Origin: an uncultured Oscillospiraceae bacterium
GTDB lineage: Bacteria; Bacillota; Clostridia; Oscillospirales; Oscillospiraceae
Assembly (NCBI GenBank): GCA_964628315.1
Contig: CAZVMK010000001.1
Coordinates: forward strand, 1 to 55,486
Length of the DNA: 55,486 nt
Direction of reading: 5' to 3'
The notes beneath the pieces were generated by a model that saw only the letters and a program-made list of their open reading frames with translations, searched no databases and had not been told where the DNA came from. Positions 45,160 to 55,429 of this stretch are shown piece by piece (the stretch's first letter is position 1; the number at the start of each line of letters is the position of its first letter). The position numbers were made by a program, and so were the translations under genes.

Positions 45160-45956
45160 CCGATCCCTCCCTTACAGCAGATGATGGCGCCCTGGCTGCC
45201 CCGCTGTCCTGCCGTGAAACGATGCGACCAAAAGCGGTCATGCAGGCAGTAAGTGCAGTCCTGACTGATGTCGATTTGACACACGCCGGCTCTTCTGAGC
45301 GCAAGCGCGTTGATTTGTTTTAGATCCGGATGGTATTTTTCCCCTTTTTTCTCGATAAACGGTTCCACCGACGGGCCAAACGCAGTCAACATGGCCTGAG
45401 GCACGTCCTCATCGGTTTCAAAATGGCAGGAGCCGATGTTGGGGCCGATGGCCGCGCGGATATTCTCGGGGCGGCAACCGAACCGCCTGACCATGGTCTC
45501 AACGGTTTTTCCGCCAATGTCCGCCGCCGTTCCACGCCAACCCGCATGGGCGGCGCCTACCGCCCCCGTGACGGGGTCATGGAATAAGATGGGGGTGCAG
45601 TCCGCCGTGAATACCACCAGCGTGACCTGCGCATCCACGGTCACCAGTGCATCGCATTCGGGATAACACCGGTGATCGATGCCGGCGCAGTCGGCCTTTG
45701 TCACCACACGGACGATGTCGGAATGGACTTGTCGGGTCAGCACCAGATTTTCAGGGTCAAAGCCTATGGCTTTTCCCAGAATGCGATAATTCTGCGCCAC
45801 ATTCTCCATGGGGTCACCCCGATGGCAACCGATATTCAGGCTTTCCAACACGCCGGTGCTGACCCCACCCAGACGGGTGGTAAAGCCATGGGGCACGGCG
45901 ATCAGATCAGAGGTCAAATATTGCAGATCATTGTGTGTTTGAGTCGTAATTGCCAT
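45156..45956 (-). CDS. pgeF: PgeF/YfiH peptidoglycan editing factor (purine nucleoside phosphorylase/laccase-like family)
   Basis: HGFTTRLGGVS, QVHS, TADCTP, HAGWRG, IGP, CT...FWSHR. Confidence 0.9.
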   Translation of the reverse strand: MAITTQTHNDLQYLTSDLIAVPHGFTTRLGGVSTGVLESLNIGCHRGDPMENVAQNYRILGKAIGFDPENLVLTRQVHSDIVRVVTKADCAGIDHRCYPECDALVTVDAQVTLVVFTADCTPILFHDPVTGAVGAAHAGWRGTAADIGGKTVETMVRRFGCRPENIRAAIGPNIGSCHFETDEDVPQAMLTAFGPSVEPFIEKKGEKYHPDLKQINALALRRAGVCQIDISQDCTYCLHDRFWSHRFTAGQRGSQGAIICCKGGIG

Positions 45957-45974
45957 AATTTCAAAGCGTGATCT

Positions 45975-48710
45975 TTAATTTTCCAGTTTTTCTTTCTGCA
46001 TACAGCACTTTTTGTATTTCTTTCCGCTACCGCAGGGACAGGGATCGTTGGGCCCCACCTTTTTGGCCGCATTGCGCACAGGCTGTTTCTTGACCTCCGC
46101 ATTGACGGCGGCAGCCGTGCCGGTCTCCTTTGCCACACGCTCACGCTTGACTTCCTGCTTGGGTGCCAGACGCACCAGGAACAGGCGGCGGACCGTCTCT
46201 TCCCGAATGGCAGTGATCATGGCCTGGAAGAGCTCATAGCCCTCGTTTTTGTATTCCACCACGGGGTCATGCTGGCCATAGGCACGCAGGCCGATGCCCT
46301 GCTTCAGGTCATCCATGGCCTCCAGATTGTCCATCCAATACTCGTCCACCACACGCAGCATGATGACCCGTTCCAGCTCACGCATGACCGGCTCGCCGAT
46401 GGACTGCTCTTTTTCCCCATAGGTCTGCACGGCACACTCGTAAAGGGCGTCCGCCAGCTGAGCATGGTCGGGATTTTCCTCCAAAATGCGGCCGATGGTC
46501 CCCTTGGGGAAATAAATGCCCTCCAGTTCCATCTCCAATGTCTGCAAGTCGCCCTCGGCTCCATGGATGGCATCGGCCACGGTGGAGTCGATCTTACTGC
46601 GGAGCATGGACATGACATTTTCACGCAAGTCCTCGCCGTCCAGCACTTTCTGGCGCTGGGCATAGACCACCTCACGCTGGGTATTCATAACATTATCATA
46701 CTCCAGAACGTTCTTTCTGGAGCGGAAATGGCGGCTTTCCACATTTTTCTGGGCGTTTTCAACGGCATTGGACAAGATTTTCGCATCGATGGGAGTATCT
46801 TCATCAATGCCCAGCGTGTCCATCATATCCATCACACGGGAAGCGGAGAACAAACGCATCAGGTCGTCCTCCAAACTCAGGTAGAAACGGCTTTCACCAG
46901 GGTCACCCTGACGGCCTGCACGGCCACGGAGCTGATTGTCGATACGGCGGGATTCATGCCGCTCCGTACCGATGATGAACAGGCCGCCGGCGGCTCTGAC
47001 CTTTTCGGCTTCGTCGGCGATCTCCGCCTTGTATTTGGACAAAAGCTGCTGATACTGGGCACGGACAGCCAAAATTTCCTGATCTGCGGTTTCCGCATGG
47101 GAGTCGGCCTCGGCCAGCAATTCCTCGGCAATTCCGGTGGCACGCAGAGCGCTCTTTGCCAAAAATTCCGCATTACCGCCCAGCATGATATCCGTACCAC
47201 GGCCGGCCATGTTGGTGGCGATGGTCACGGCGCCGAATTTACCGGCCTGGGCAATGATCTGGGCTTCCTGCTCGTGATATTTGGCGTTCAGGACATGGTG
47301 AGCAATACCCGCTTTTTTCAGCAATTTACTCAGGATCTCACTCTTTTCAATGGAGATAGTACCCACCAGCACGGGCTGACCCTTGGCATGGCACTGCTCC
47401 ACCTGGGCTACGATGGCGCGGAACTTACCGGCCTCGGTCTTATATACCACGTCGGTATGATCCTGACGGATGACAGGGCGGTTGGTAGGGATCTCCACCA
47501 CGTCCAGCCGATAAATGGCACCGAATTCTTCCTGCTCGGTCAGCGCCGTACCGGTCATGCCGGAAAGCTTATTGTACAGGCGGAAGAAATTCTGGAAGGT
47601 GATGGTGGCAAGGGTCTTGCTTTCGTTGGCAACCTTTACCCCCTCCTTGGCCTCAATGGCCTGGTGCAGGCCCTCATTGTAGCGGCGGCCGTACATCAGG
47701 CGGCCGGTAAATTCATCGACGATGATGATCTGGCCGTCTTTGACCACGTAATCGATATCCTTTTTCATCAGGCCACGGGCTTTCATGGCCTGATTGATGT
47801 GGTGGGACAAGGTGGTATTATCCATGTCGCCCAGATTTTCCACGCCGAAGTATTTTTCTGCCTTTTCAACACCGCTGGCGGTCAAAGAAACAGTGCGGCT
47901 CTTCTCGTCCACATAATAGTCGCAATCCAGATCATCCAGATTTTCCTTTTCGTCGGTTTTGGCGAAAACATGGCGGCGCAGAGTAGACACGAAATAATCA
48001 GCCATTTCATAGAGCTTGGAGCTCTCCTCGCCCTGACCGGAAATAATCAGAGGGGTACGTGCTTCATCGATGAGAATGGAGTCCACCTCGTCCACGATGG
48101 CAAAATTATGGCCACGCTGGACCAGTTCTTTCTTGTACAGGGCACCGTTGTCACGCAGATAGTCAAAACCCAACTCATTATTGGTGCAATAGGTGATATC
48201 GGCGGCATAGGCCTTGCGGCGCTCATCGGAACTGATACCAGGAATGACCAGACCCACCGTCAGTCCCATAAATTTATAGACTTTGCCCATCCATTCGGAC
48301 TGATACTTGGCCAGGTAATCATTGACCGTCACCACATGGACGCCCTGACCGGTCAGTGCGTTCAGATAGCAGGGCAAAATGGCCACCAATGTTTTACCTT
48401 CACCGGTTTTCATCTCCGCAATGCGGCCTTGGTGAAGCACGACACCGCCGATGAGCTGCACAGGATAGGGGCGCAGACCGATGACACGGTCGGAAGCTTC
48501 CCGAATGGCCGCAAATGCCTCCACCAGAATATCATCGAGTGTCTCTCCCTGCGCCAGGCGCTGCTTGAACTGGACGGTCTTGTTCTGCAACTGTTCGTCC
48601 GATAAGCCCCGATACTCCTCCTCCAAAGCAATGATCTGATCAACGATCGGCTGGATCCGTTTGAGTTCCCGCTGAGAGTGGGTACCGAAGATCTTAGAAA
48701 TCAATCCCAT
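45975..48710 (-). CDS. secA: Preprotein translocase subunit SecA
   Basis: [51 protein letters not shown]-terminal [13 protein letters not shown]. Confidence 0.98.
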   Translation of the reverse strand: MGLISKIFGTHSQRELKRIQPIVDQIIALEEEYRGLSDEQLQNKTVQFKQRLAQGETLDDILVEAFAAIREASDRVIGLRPYPVQLIGGVVLHQGRIAEMKTGEGKTLVAILPCYLNALTGQGVHVVTVNDYLAKYQSEWMGKVYKFMGLTVGLVIPGISSDERRKAYAADITYCTNNELGFDYLRDNGALYKKELVQRGHNFAIVDEVDSILIDEARTPLIISGQGEESSKLYEMADYFVSTLRRHVFAKTDEKENLDDLDCDYYVDEKSRTVSLTASGVEKAEKYFGVENLGDMDNTTLSHHINQAMKARGLMKKDIDYVVKDGQIIIVDEFTGRLMYGRRYNEGLHQAIEAKEGVKVANESKTLATITFQNFFRLYNKLSGMTGTALTEQEEFGAIYRLDVVEIPTNRPVIRQDHTDVVYKTEAGKFRAIVAQVEQCHAKGQPVLVGTISIEKSEILSKLLKKAGIAHHVLNAKYHEQEAQIIAQAGKFGAVTIATNMAGRGTDIMLGGNAEFLAKSALRATGIAEELLAEADSHAETADQEILAVRAQYQQLLSKYKAEIADEAEKVRAAGGLFIIGTERHESRRIDNQLRGRAGRQGDPGESRFYLSLEDDLMRLFSASRVMDMMDTLGIDEDTPIDAKILSNAVENAQKNVESRHFRSRKNVLEYDNVMNTQREVVYAQRQKVLDGEDLRENVMSMLRSKIDSTVADAIHGAEGDLQTLEMELEGIYFPKGTIGRILEENPDHAQLADALYECAVQTYGEKEQSIGEPVMRELERVIMLRVVDEYWMDNLEAMDDLKQGIGLRAYGQHDPVVEYKNEGYELFQAMITAIREETVRRLFLVRLAPKQEVKRERVAKETGTAAAVNAEVKKQPVRNAAKKVGPNDPCPCGSGKKYKKCCMQKEKLEN

Positions 48711-48905
48711 AACGATTCTCCTTCGTAAAATTAGCAATATTGAAGCATTTTACCCATTATAACACATAGAACGAAAAAATCTAGTTCAATTTGTAAATAA
48801 GTGGTTAAAAAATGGGGCAAAATATGCCGGCTTTGGGGGCTTTCTTTTTCCGAAAATCTGGTGTATAATGAACAGACATCTCATCCATGTAAACAGGAGA
48901 AAGAC

Positions 48906-50747
48906 ATGCGAATACTTTTTGACAGTAAAAAACCTCAATTCAAAACTCCCTTCGGCACCCTGACTCCCGAGGAAAAGTGTACCCTGAACATCCACATTCC
49001 CTCTGCCGTCGGCGCGAAGACCGTAGAGTGTATTTTCCAGAACGACAGCGGCGCGCAGGTACTTTGCCTTTCCATGGAATACGCCATGAAAAAGGGAGCT
49101 TACGATATTTTTCGGGGCAGTTTCGATTTAAAAGCCACCGGCCTGTATTTTTACTATTTCCGCATTTGCAACAACGGCGGTTGCTTCCGGCTGTTCAAAT
49201 ACGGTGATGAAACCAACATCGAAGACGGTGCTCTTTGGCAGATCTCCTGCATTCCTGCGGATTTCGAAACCCCCGACTGGGCCAAAGGCGCCACCATTTA
49301 TCAGGTCTTCCCCGACCGTTTTTATAAGCATGGCCGCTGTGACCTATCCGGCAAGCTGGAGCCCTACATTCTCCACAAAGACTGGTACGAAGACGTTCAG
49401 TGGCAACCCAACTCCCAGGGCGAAGTGCTCAACAATGACTTTTTCGGCGGCAACTTCCGCGGTATCATCGAAAAAATGGACTATATCGCCTCTCTGGGCA
49501 CCACCCTGCTGTACCTGAACCCGATCTCCAAGAGCTTTTCCTCCCACCGCTACGACACCGGCGACTATAAAAAGCCCGATGAAATGCTGGGCACCATGGA
49601 AGATTTCCGCGCACTGTGTGATGCGGCTCATCAACGGGGCATACGGGTCATTCTGGACGGTGTCTATTCCCACACCGGTTCCAATAGCCTCTACTTCAAT
49701 CGCGAGGGTGCCTTCAGCGGAAAGGGAGCCTATCAGGACCCCTCTTCCCCCTACCGCAGCTGGTATGATTTCAAAAACTGGCCCAACAGCTATACCAGTT
49801 GGTGGGGATTTGATACCCTGCCTACCGTCAACAAGCTGGATCGGGGATTTTTGGATTATATCATTGACGGGGAAGACAGCGTGGTGGCATTCTGGCTGCG
49901 CAACGGCGCAGACGGTTTCCGTCTGGACGTGGTGGATGAACTGCCCGATGAATTCGTGCTGAGGCTGAAAAATCGCATCCGTCAAATCAAGCCCGATGCC
50001 CTTTTGATGGGCGAGGTCTGGGAAGATGCCTCCAACAAGGAAGCTTACGGCCGTCGCCGCCGCTACTTCGTGGACGGGGAACTGGACAGTGTGATGAACT
50101 ATCCGTTCCGCACCGCCATCATGAATTTCGTGAAAAAAATCGACGGCGGCGAACAGCTGAAAAACACCGTCATGACCATTGCCGAAAATTATCCGCCCCA
50201 GGTGCTGGCCTGCAACATGAATTTGCTGGGTACCCACGATACGGAACGCATTCTCACCGCCCTGGTCGATGACTTTAACGGCAGTCGTCAGGAGCTGGCG
50301 CAACGGAGCCTGTCCCGAAGCCAGTATATTCGTGCCGAGGAACGATTGCTGATGGCCGCTTTCCTGCAATATACTCTGCCTGGCAGCCCCAGCCTTTACT
50401 ATGGCGACGAGGCCGGCATGGAGGGCCACAAAGACCCCTTCAACCGCCGTACCTATCCCTGGGGACGGGAAAATCGACTGTTGCTGGAATATTACCGTCA
50501 ACTGGGTCAAATGCGAAAAAACTGCGATGCCCTGCGTTTGGGTGATATTGAATTCACCTATGCCACCGATCACCGTCTGGCCTTTACCCGTCGCCACGGA
50601 GAAAAGACAGCTCGTATTTACGTAAACCGCAATATGGATGCCTGGGATATTCCGGCCGGTCAGGTCATCATGGGCCACAATTTGCGCACCGTGGCACCCA
50701 ACTGGCTGAGTCTGGCACCTCAGGGCTTCTGCGTGGTGGAGGAATAA
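48906..50747 (+). CDS. Glycoside hydrolase family 13 (neopullulanase/amylopullulanase-like, cytoplasmic)
   Basis: YQVFPDRF, HRYDT, DGVYSH, GFRLDVVDE, GEVWED, GTHD, YYGDE. Confidence 0.92.
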   Translation: MRILFDSKKPQFKTPFGTLTPEEKCTLNIHIPSAVGAKTVECIFQNDSGAQVLCLSMEYAMKKGAYDIFRGSFDLKATGLYFYYFRICNNGGCFRLFKYGDETNIEDGALWQISCIPADFETPDWAKGATIYQVFPDRFYKHGRCDLSGKLEPYILHKDWYEDVQWQPNSQGEVLNNDFFGGNFRGIIEKMDYIASLGTTLLYLNPISKSFSSHRYDTGDYKKPDEMLGTMEDFRALCDAAHQRGIRVILDGVYSHTGSNSLYFNREGAFSGKGAYQDPSSPYRSWYDFKNWPNSYTSWWGFDTLPTVNKLDRGFLDYIIDGEDSVVAFWLRNGADGFRLDVVDELPDEFVLRLKNRIRQIKPDALLMGEVWEDASNKEAYGRRRRYFVDGELDSVMNYPFRTAIMNFVKKIDGGEQLKNTVMTIAENYPPQVLACNMNLLGTHDTERILTALVDDFNGSRQELAQRSLSRSQYIRAEERLLMAAFLQYTLPGSPSLYYGDEAGMEGHKDPFNRRTYPWGRENRLLLEYYRQLGQMRKNCDALRLGDIEFTYATDHRLAFTRRHGEKTARIYVNRNMDAWDIPAGQVIMGHNLRTVAPNWLSLAPQGFCVVEE

Positions 50748-50748
50748 C

Positions 50749-50925
50749 ATGGAAAAATTCATTTCCGGCTATTGCCGCGCCCTGGACAAAAGCCGCATGG
50801 TAGAAATCGAAGACGAGGGCGGCGAAGTCTTCATTGACTGCGCCTATCGCAACTGCCCCCATGCCGCCGTGTGTCAGATCGGCCGCCAGATTGCCCAACT
50901 GTTGCAACAGGAGGAAGAAAAATGA
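50749..50925 (+). CDS. Small 58-aa four-cysteine protein (below the ORF-track length cutoff)
   Basis: MEKFISGYCRALDKSRMVEIEDEGGEVFIDCAYRNCPHAAVCQIGRQIAQLLQQEEEK; GGAGGA RBS; fills the gap, ATGA overlap with the next gene. Confidence 0.75.
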   Translation: MEKFISGYCRALDKSRMVEIEDEGGEVFIDCAYRNCPHAAVCQIGRQIAQLLQQEEEK

Positions 50926-51467
50926 ACATCCGTCATCTTCATGCCGCGGATTTTAAAACCACAGCCTGGTCCGGCGGCAACACCACGGAGCTGTTTCTTT
51001 ATCCCTCCGACGGCGACTACGGAAAAAGGGATTTCCTTTTCCGCATTTCCTCTGCCACGGTGGAGTTGGAAGAAAGCGACTTCACGGCGCTGGAGGGCGT
51101 AGAACGCTATATCACGCCGCTGGATGGTTCTTTCACACTGACCCACCCCCACAGCGCTCCCATCATCCTCGGGCCCCTGTCGCAGCCTTATTGCTTCTCG
51201 GGCAGCATTCCCACCCACTGCGTGGGCAAGGCCACAGACTTCAACCTGATGCTCAAAGGCTGTCAGGGCAAAATGGAACTGTGGCAGGACAGCGCCCCCA
51301 TCCGGACGGGTTTTAACGGTTTCTACCCCACAGAAGATGCCGTTTTTGAAATTGAAAATCGAAGTTTTTCTCTGGAAAAAGGGGAAATGCTGATGGTTTT
51401 CTCGGAAAAGGACAGCGTTCTTTCCGCTCCGTCGGCAAAATTTCTCGGTTGCTGGGTGTCGGTTTGA
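50922..51467 (+). CDS. HutD/Ves-family protein
   Basis: WSGGNTTEL...FLFRISSATV...FT...R...DFNLM; AGGAGG RBS. Confidence 0.8.
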   Translation: MNIRHLHAADFKTTAWSGGNTTELFLYPSDGDYGKRDFLFRISSATVELEESDFTALEGVERYITPLDGSFTLTHPHSAPIILGPLSQPYCFSGSIPTHCVGKATDFNLMLKGCQGKMELWQDSAPIRTGFNGFYPTEDAVFEIENRSFSLEKGEMLMVFSEKDSVLSAPSAKFLGCWVSV

Positions 51468-51607
51468 TTTTTTCGGAATAAAATTTTCAAGAGCGCATAT
51501 ACTAGGCTCGGACAGCAAATGAAATACATTTTTCAGTTGTGACGACAGCGAAAAGTGAATTACATTTTTTGTCAAGTGTGTCGCCGTGTGTACAGCGGTG
51601 TGATGCG

Positions 51608-51643
51608 AAAAAAAGCAGACAAGGCGGCCGCCCTGTCTGCTTT
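51608..51643. terminator. Terminator (U-tract strongest on the minus strand)
   Basis: AAAAAAAGCAGACA...TGTCTGCTTT. Confidence 0.75.
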
Positions 51644-51669
51644 CCCTATTTTTCCGCTCCGTCAGCGCT

Positions 51670-52596
51670 TCAGTCCGGCAAACCGGTAGCGGCGGCAGTC
51701 AATATCCCCAGATTGTCCCTGTAAATCTCGTCAAATTGGCTCAGGGGCAATGGATTTTCCCCCTCCCCTGCCTCAATGGTAAAGCCTGGCCGCCGAAAAT
51801 CCTGAATAAACCAGTCCTTATAGCCTGCATAGGATGACTCCGGCGGCACCTCCTCCAATCCATAGCCGCTGGTACGGGCAAAATCCTCGGCCAACGCCCG
51901 TGCTTGGGGCACCACATAATCCTGAAATTGCCAGTAGATCACTTTCCCCTGAGTATGATAAGCCAGCACCAGCGCCGGATCGATCTGCTCCGTCAACTGC
52001 GCCAGTGCTCTGCTTTCCAGCTGATTTAAGGGTGCCCTGCCAACGTAATCTCGGGGGCCAGGACGTGTATAGCCCTGAGAAAACTTGATCTCACGGGCAC
52101 GAAGCCATCCGGCCGGATATTGCAGGTTCAGATCCACCCCCAAAAGATTGGCTTTCCATCCCTCGGGAAAAGGAATCTCGGGATAATATTCGGACAGCGC
52201 CCGTGCCAGCTCATATTCGGGGGTATCCGAAGCAATGGCGCCCGTCACCAGATCCACCCCATCGGGATCCATCAGCGGAACAAGGGTAATGGTGGCAGCA
52301 TCGGCGATGGTTGCGGCAGGGATCCCGTAAACATTGCCGCCGGAAGCAAGGGCGGCGGCCAGTTCCTCCGCAAATTTCAGCAGGATATACGCCGTGATCC
52401 ATTCGTTGGCATGATGTGCCGCTGTATAGAGCACCCTGCGCTCTCCGTTTCCGATGGTCAAAGCCCACAGCGGGCGGCCAAAGGCGGTCGTGCCGAACTG
52501 TTGGGTCCGAACAAAGGGGTAAGCCCGAGAAAGTGCCTGTATCATCTCTGTATTTCTTGCGGAGCTGATGGGGACATCCGTTGTCACAATAGGCAT
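51670..52596 (-). CDS. Peptidase M14, gamma-D-glutamyl-meso-diaminopimelate endopeptidase-like
   Basis: HHANEWIT zinc motif, DPDGV, WKANLLGVDLNLQYP, YHTQG, GYKDWF, FTIE. Confidence 0.85.
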   Translation of the reverse strand: MPIVTTDVPISSARNTEMIQALSRAYPFVRTQQFGTTAFGRPLWALTIGNGERRVLYTAAHHANEWITAYILLKFAEELAAALASGGNVYGIPAATIADAATITLVPLMDPDGVDLVTGAIASDTPEYELARALSEYYPEIPFPEGWKANLLGVDLNLQYPAGWLRAREIKFSQGYTRPGPRDYVGRAPLNQLESRALAQLTEQIDPALVLAYHTQGKVIYWQFQDYVVPQARALAEDFARTSGYGLEEVPPESSYAGYKDWFIQDFRRPGFTIEAGEGENPLPLSQFDEIYRDNLGILTAAATGLPD

Positions 52597-52613
52597 TCAA
52601 AATCACCTCTGAG

Positions 52614-52642
52614 CAGTATATGCGCCCCCATGGTTTTTGTGT
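52614..52642 (-). promoter_or_regulatory. Sigma-K-like sporulation promoter
   Basis: AC-16 bp-CATATACT upstream of the GAGGTG RBS. Confidence 0.5.
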
Positions 52643-52659
52643 ATAGGAAAACAAGACCT

Positions 52660-53640
52660 TTACACGTATCGGACCTCAATTTCGCCGAAGGACACACCGC
52701 CGGTCAGGTGGATGGTTCGGGTGCAATCGGCATCGGGAGCACCCACGGTCTCGATACCGCCAAAAGATGTGCCACCGTCACACTGGACGCGGCAGGTTCG
52801 GGGCACCAGCAAATTCAGCTTGCCAAAGCTGCACCCCACGTCAATGGTGCAATCCGGCGCAAAATCGGCACATCCGGTCAGATCCAGCGTTAATTCGCCG
52901 AAACTGCAACTGACTTTGCCATCGGACAATCGGGGCAATGTGATCGCATGCCTCGCCTCGCCAAAAGAAACTGCGGCATGAAAATATTCTCCGTTTTGGT
53001 CAAAATCCTGCTTCATTTTCGAATTTGTTCCCCGTTTTTTAATATAGAACTTCGGCTTTTTGGGTTTCTTGGCGGCATCCACCAACAGGCACAAGCCGAA
53101 AATCAAAATCAGGGTCGGCAAAATCAACTCTGCATCAATATTCCAATTTATAAGGTTCATATTTTTCAGCAGGAAATATCCACCCAGCAAAGTGCAGGCG
53201 ATGCTGGTAAAATTGAACCGTCTGCAAAGGCGGTAAATGCCGAACGTCAGCAAAACGCAAGGCCAGCAAATGCTCCAGAAACCTACGTTCCAGCCCAGAA
53301 TGCGGTCACAAAGGAGCAGCATACCCACCGCCAGGATGCACAGCGCCGTTGCCACGGTTCTCCCACGGCCGTTATCCCATTGAAACTCCCAGCCGCTCTG
53401 CTTTTCGTCCTCATCCACCACCTGTGCTTCGTAAACCGGTTCATGCCCCAGCAGGGCATCGGTACTCGTCCCGAATAGTGCTGCCAATTTTGGCAGCATA
53501 TTGATATCGGGACAACTTTGGTCATTTTCCCACTTACTGACGGCCTGAGCCGTGACCCCCAGTTTTTCCGCCAACTGGTCCTGGGTCAGATGCAGCCGCT
53601 TTCTGTGGTGCATGATGCGTTTTCCTAAGGTCTCGTCCAT
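52660..53640 (-). CDS. XRE-family HTH regulator fused to 4 TM helices and a LiaF-like C-terminal domain
   Basis: LTQDQLAEKLGVTAQAVSKWE...PDI...TDALLG; hydrophobic middle; repeated SFGE/SFGK/SFGG strands. Confidence 0.8.
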   Translation of the reverse strand: MDETLGKRIMHHRKRLHLTQDQLAEKLGVTAQAVSKWENDQSCPDINMLPKLAALFGTSTDALLGHEPVYEAQVVDEDEKQSGWEFQWDNGRGRTVATALCILAVGMLLLCDRILGWNVGFWSICWPCVLLTFGIYRLCRRFNFTSIACTLLGGYFLLKNMNLINWNIDAELILPTLILIFGLCLLVDAAKKPKKPKFYIKKRGTNSKMKQDFDQNGEYFHAAVSFGEARHAITLPRLSDGKVSCSFGELTLDLTGCADFAPDCTIDVGCSFGKLNLLVPRTCRVQCDGGTSFGGIETVGAPDADCTRTIHLTGGVSFGEIEVRYV

Positions 53641-53697
53641 AAGATTACCTCCTTTTTTATCTGAGCCTATTATATAGGAGCAGTCGACAAATTGCTA

Positions 53698-53767
53698 TCA
53701 ATTCGTTGTTTATTTTTGAATTTTTCAGGTCAACGATTGGTTGAGTACCCACTCAACCGGCTGTTGA
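53698..53767. promoter_or_regulatory. Three TCAAC-N5-GTTGA operator-like palindromes
   Basis: TCAAT-tcgtt-GTTTA (53698-53712), TCAAC-gattg-GTTGA (53730-53744), TCAAC-cggct-GTTGA (53753-53767). Confidence 0.65.
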
Positions 53768-53783
53768 AGCCCCTATATTTTGC

Positions 53784-53814
53784 AAAAATTCCCCTCCGCA
53801 CTGCGGAGGGGAAT
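53784..53814 (-). terminator. Terminator of the decarboxylase operon
   Basis: ATTCCCCTCCGC...GCGGAGGGGAAT with U-tract on the minus strand. Confidence 0.75.
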
Positions 53815-53823
53815 CGGCATTTC

Positions 53824-55011
53824 TTAGCCAAACACGCTCATCAGGAAACCTGCGGCGATGGCAGAGCCAATAACACCTGCAACGTTGGGGCCCATGGCGT
53901 GCATGAGCAGGAAGTTGGAGGGATTGGCTTTCTGGCCTTCCGTATTGGAAACACGGGCAGCCATGGGAACGGCGGAAACACCGGCGGAGCCGATGAGGGG
54001 GTTGATCTTGCCGCCGGAGATGAAGTACAGCACCTGACCGCCCAGCAGGCCGCCCACAGTGGACAGGCCGAAGGCCACAACACCCAGAATGATAATCTTC
54101 AGGGTATCGAGTGCCAGGAATGTGCTACCGACCATAGTGGCGCCCACGGAGGTGGACAGCAGAATGGTGACGATGTTCATCAGGGCATTCTGCATGGTGT
54201 CGCTCAGGCGTTCGGTAACGCCGGTCTCTTTCATCAGGTTGCCGAACATCAGGCAGCCGATCAGTGCAGCGGCGGAGGGCAGCAGCAGTGCCACAAAGAT
54301 GGTGACCACGATGGGGAAAATGATTTTTTCACGCTTGGAAACGGTACGGGTCTGCTCCATCTTGACCTTACGCTGTTTCTCGGTGGTCAGCGCTCTCATG
54401 ATGGGAGGCTGGATCATGGGGATCAGCGCCATGTAGGAGTAAGCCGCCACGGCGATGGGTCCCAGATATTCGGGAGCCAGCATACTGGTCAGGAAAATAG
54501 CGGTGGGGCCGTCAGCGCCGCCGATGATGCCGATGGCGGCGGCTACATTGCCGGCAAAGCCCAGCAGGACAGCGCCGAAGAACGCCAGCACCACGCCCAG
54601 CTGAGCGGAAGCGCCCAGGAACAGGCTCTTGGGGTTACTCAGCAAGGGGCCAAAGTCGGTCATGGCACCCACGCCCATGAAGATCAGGCAGGGGTAGATG
54701 CTGGTCTTGACGCCGATGTAGAAATAGTCCAGCAGGCCGCCCTCTTTCAAGATGGTGCCGTAGCTGTGGTAGAACTCACTGTTTTCATCCATGAAAGCAG
54801 TCCACAGTTCCTGATGATACAGCCCTGCGCCAGGCAGGTTGGTCAGGATACAGCCGAAAGCAATGCCGCACAGCAGCAGAGGCTCAAATTTCTTGGCGAT
54901 GGCCAAATACAGCAGGAAACAGCCGATCAAAAGCATGACGGCGTTCTGCCATGTCATCTGTGAAAGACCGGAGTCATACCACAGTTTCAACAGAGTTTCT
55001 CCTATATTCAT
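53824..55011 (-). CDS. Sodium-translocating decarboxylase beta subunit (OadB/MmdB/GcdB family)
   Basis: [59 protein letters not shown]. Confidence 0.93.
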   Translation of the reverse strand: MNIGETLLKLWYDSGLSQMTWQNAVMLLIGCFLLYLAIAKKFEPLLLCGIAFGCILTNLPGAGLYHQELWTAFMDENSEFYHSYGTILKEGGLLDYFYIGVKTSIYPCLIFMGVGAMTDFGPLLSNPKSLFLGASAQLGVVLAFFGAVLLGFAGNVAAAIGIIGGADGPTAIFLTSMLAPEYLGPIAVAAYSYMALIPMIQPPIMRALTTEKQRKVKMEQTRTVSKREKIIFPIVVTIFVALLLPSAAALIGCLMFGNLMKETGVTERLSDTMQNALMNIVTILLSTSVGATMVGSTFLALDTLKIIILGVVAFGLSTVGGLLGGQVLYFISGGKINPLIGSAGVSAVPMAARVSNTEGQKANPSNFLLMHAMGPNVAGVIGSAIAAGFLMSVFG

Positions 55012-55026
55012 TGAGGTTTGCCCTCC

Positions 55027-55428
55027 TTAGCCGATGACGACCAGAGGTGCATCGGTATCTACGGTCGCACCCTTGGCGGTAACGACCTGGGTCACGGTGC
55101 CGTCCTTGGGTGCCATGATCTCGTTTTCCATCTTCATGGCCTCCAAAATCACCAGCACATCGCCTTCCTTGACGGCCTGCCCCTGGGTCACATTGACTTT
55201 CAGGATGGTGCCAGGCATGGGAGACTTGACCACTTCACCGCTGCCTGTAACGGCAGGTGTGGCAGGGGCCGCAGCGGTGGGAGCAACGGGAGCGGCGGCC
55301 ACGGGGGCAGCGGCAGGAGCAGCAGGGACAGAGGGAACGATGGCCTCGTATTCAGCCAGCAGCTGTGCCTGACCGGCTTCCACTTCAACTTCGTAAGTAC
55401 GACCGTTCAGGGTCACTTTGTATTTCAT
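55027..55428 (-). CDS. Biotin carboxyl carrier subunit of the Na+-decarboxylase
   Basis: MKYKVTLNG...Ala/Pro linker...SPMPG...EAMKM; AAGGAGG RBS. Confidence 0.92.
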   Translation of the reverse strand: MKYKVTLNGRTYEVEVEAGQAQLLAEYEAIVPSVPAAPAAAPVAAAPVAPTAAAPATPAVTGSGEVVKSPMPGTILKVNVTQGQAVKEGDVLVILEAMKMENEIMAPKDGTVTQVVTAKGATVDTDAPLVVIG

Positions 55429-55429
55429 C

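Noticed and set aside
46269-48605. 778-aa plus-strand ORF
   Set aside because: Antisense shadow of secA, explained by codon bias; no motifs or RBS.
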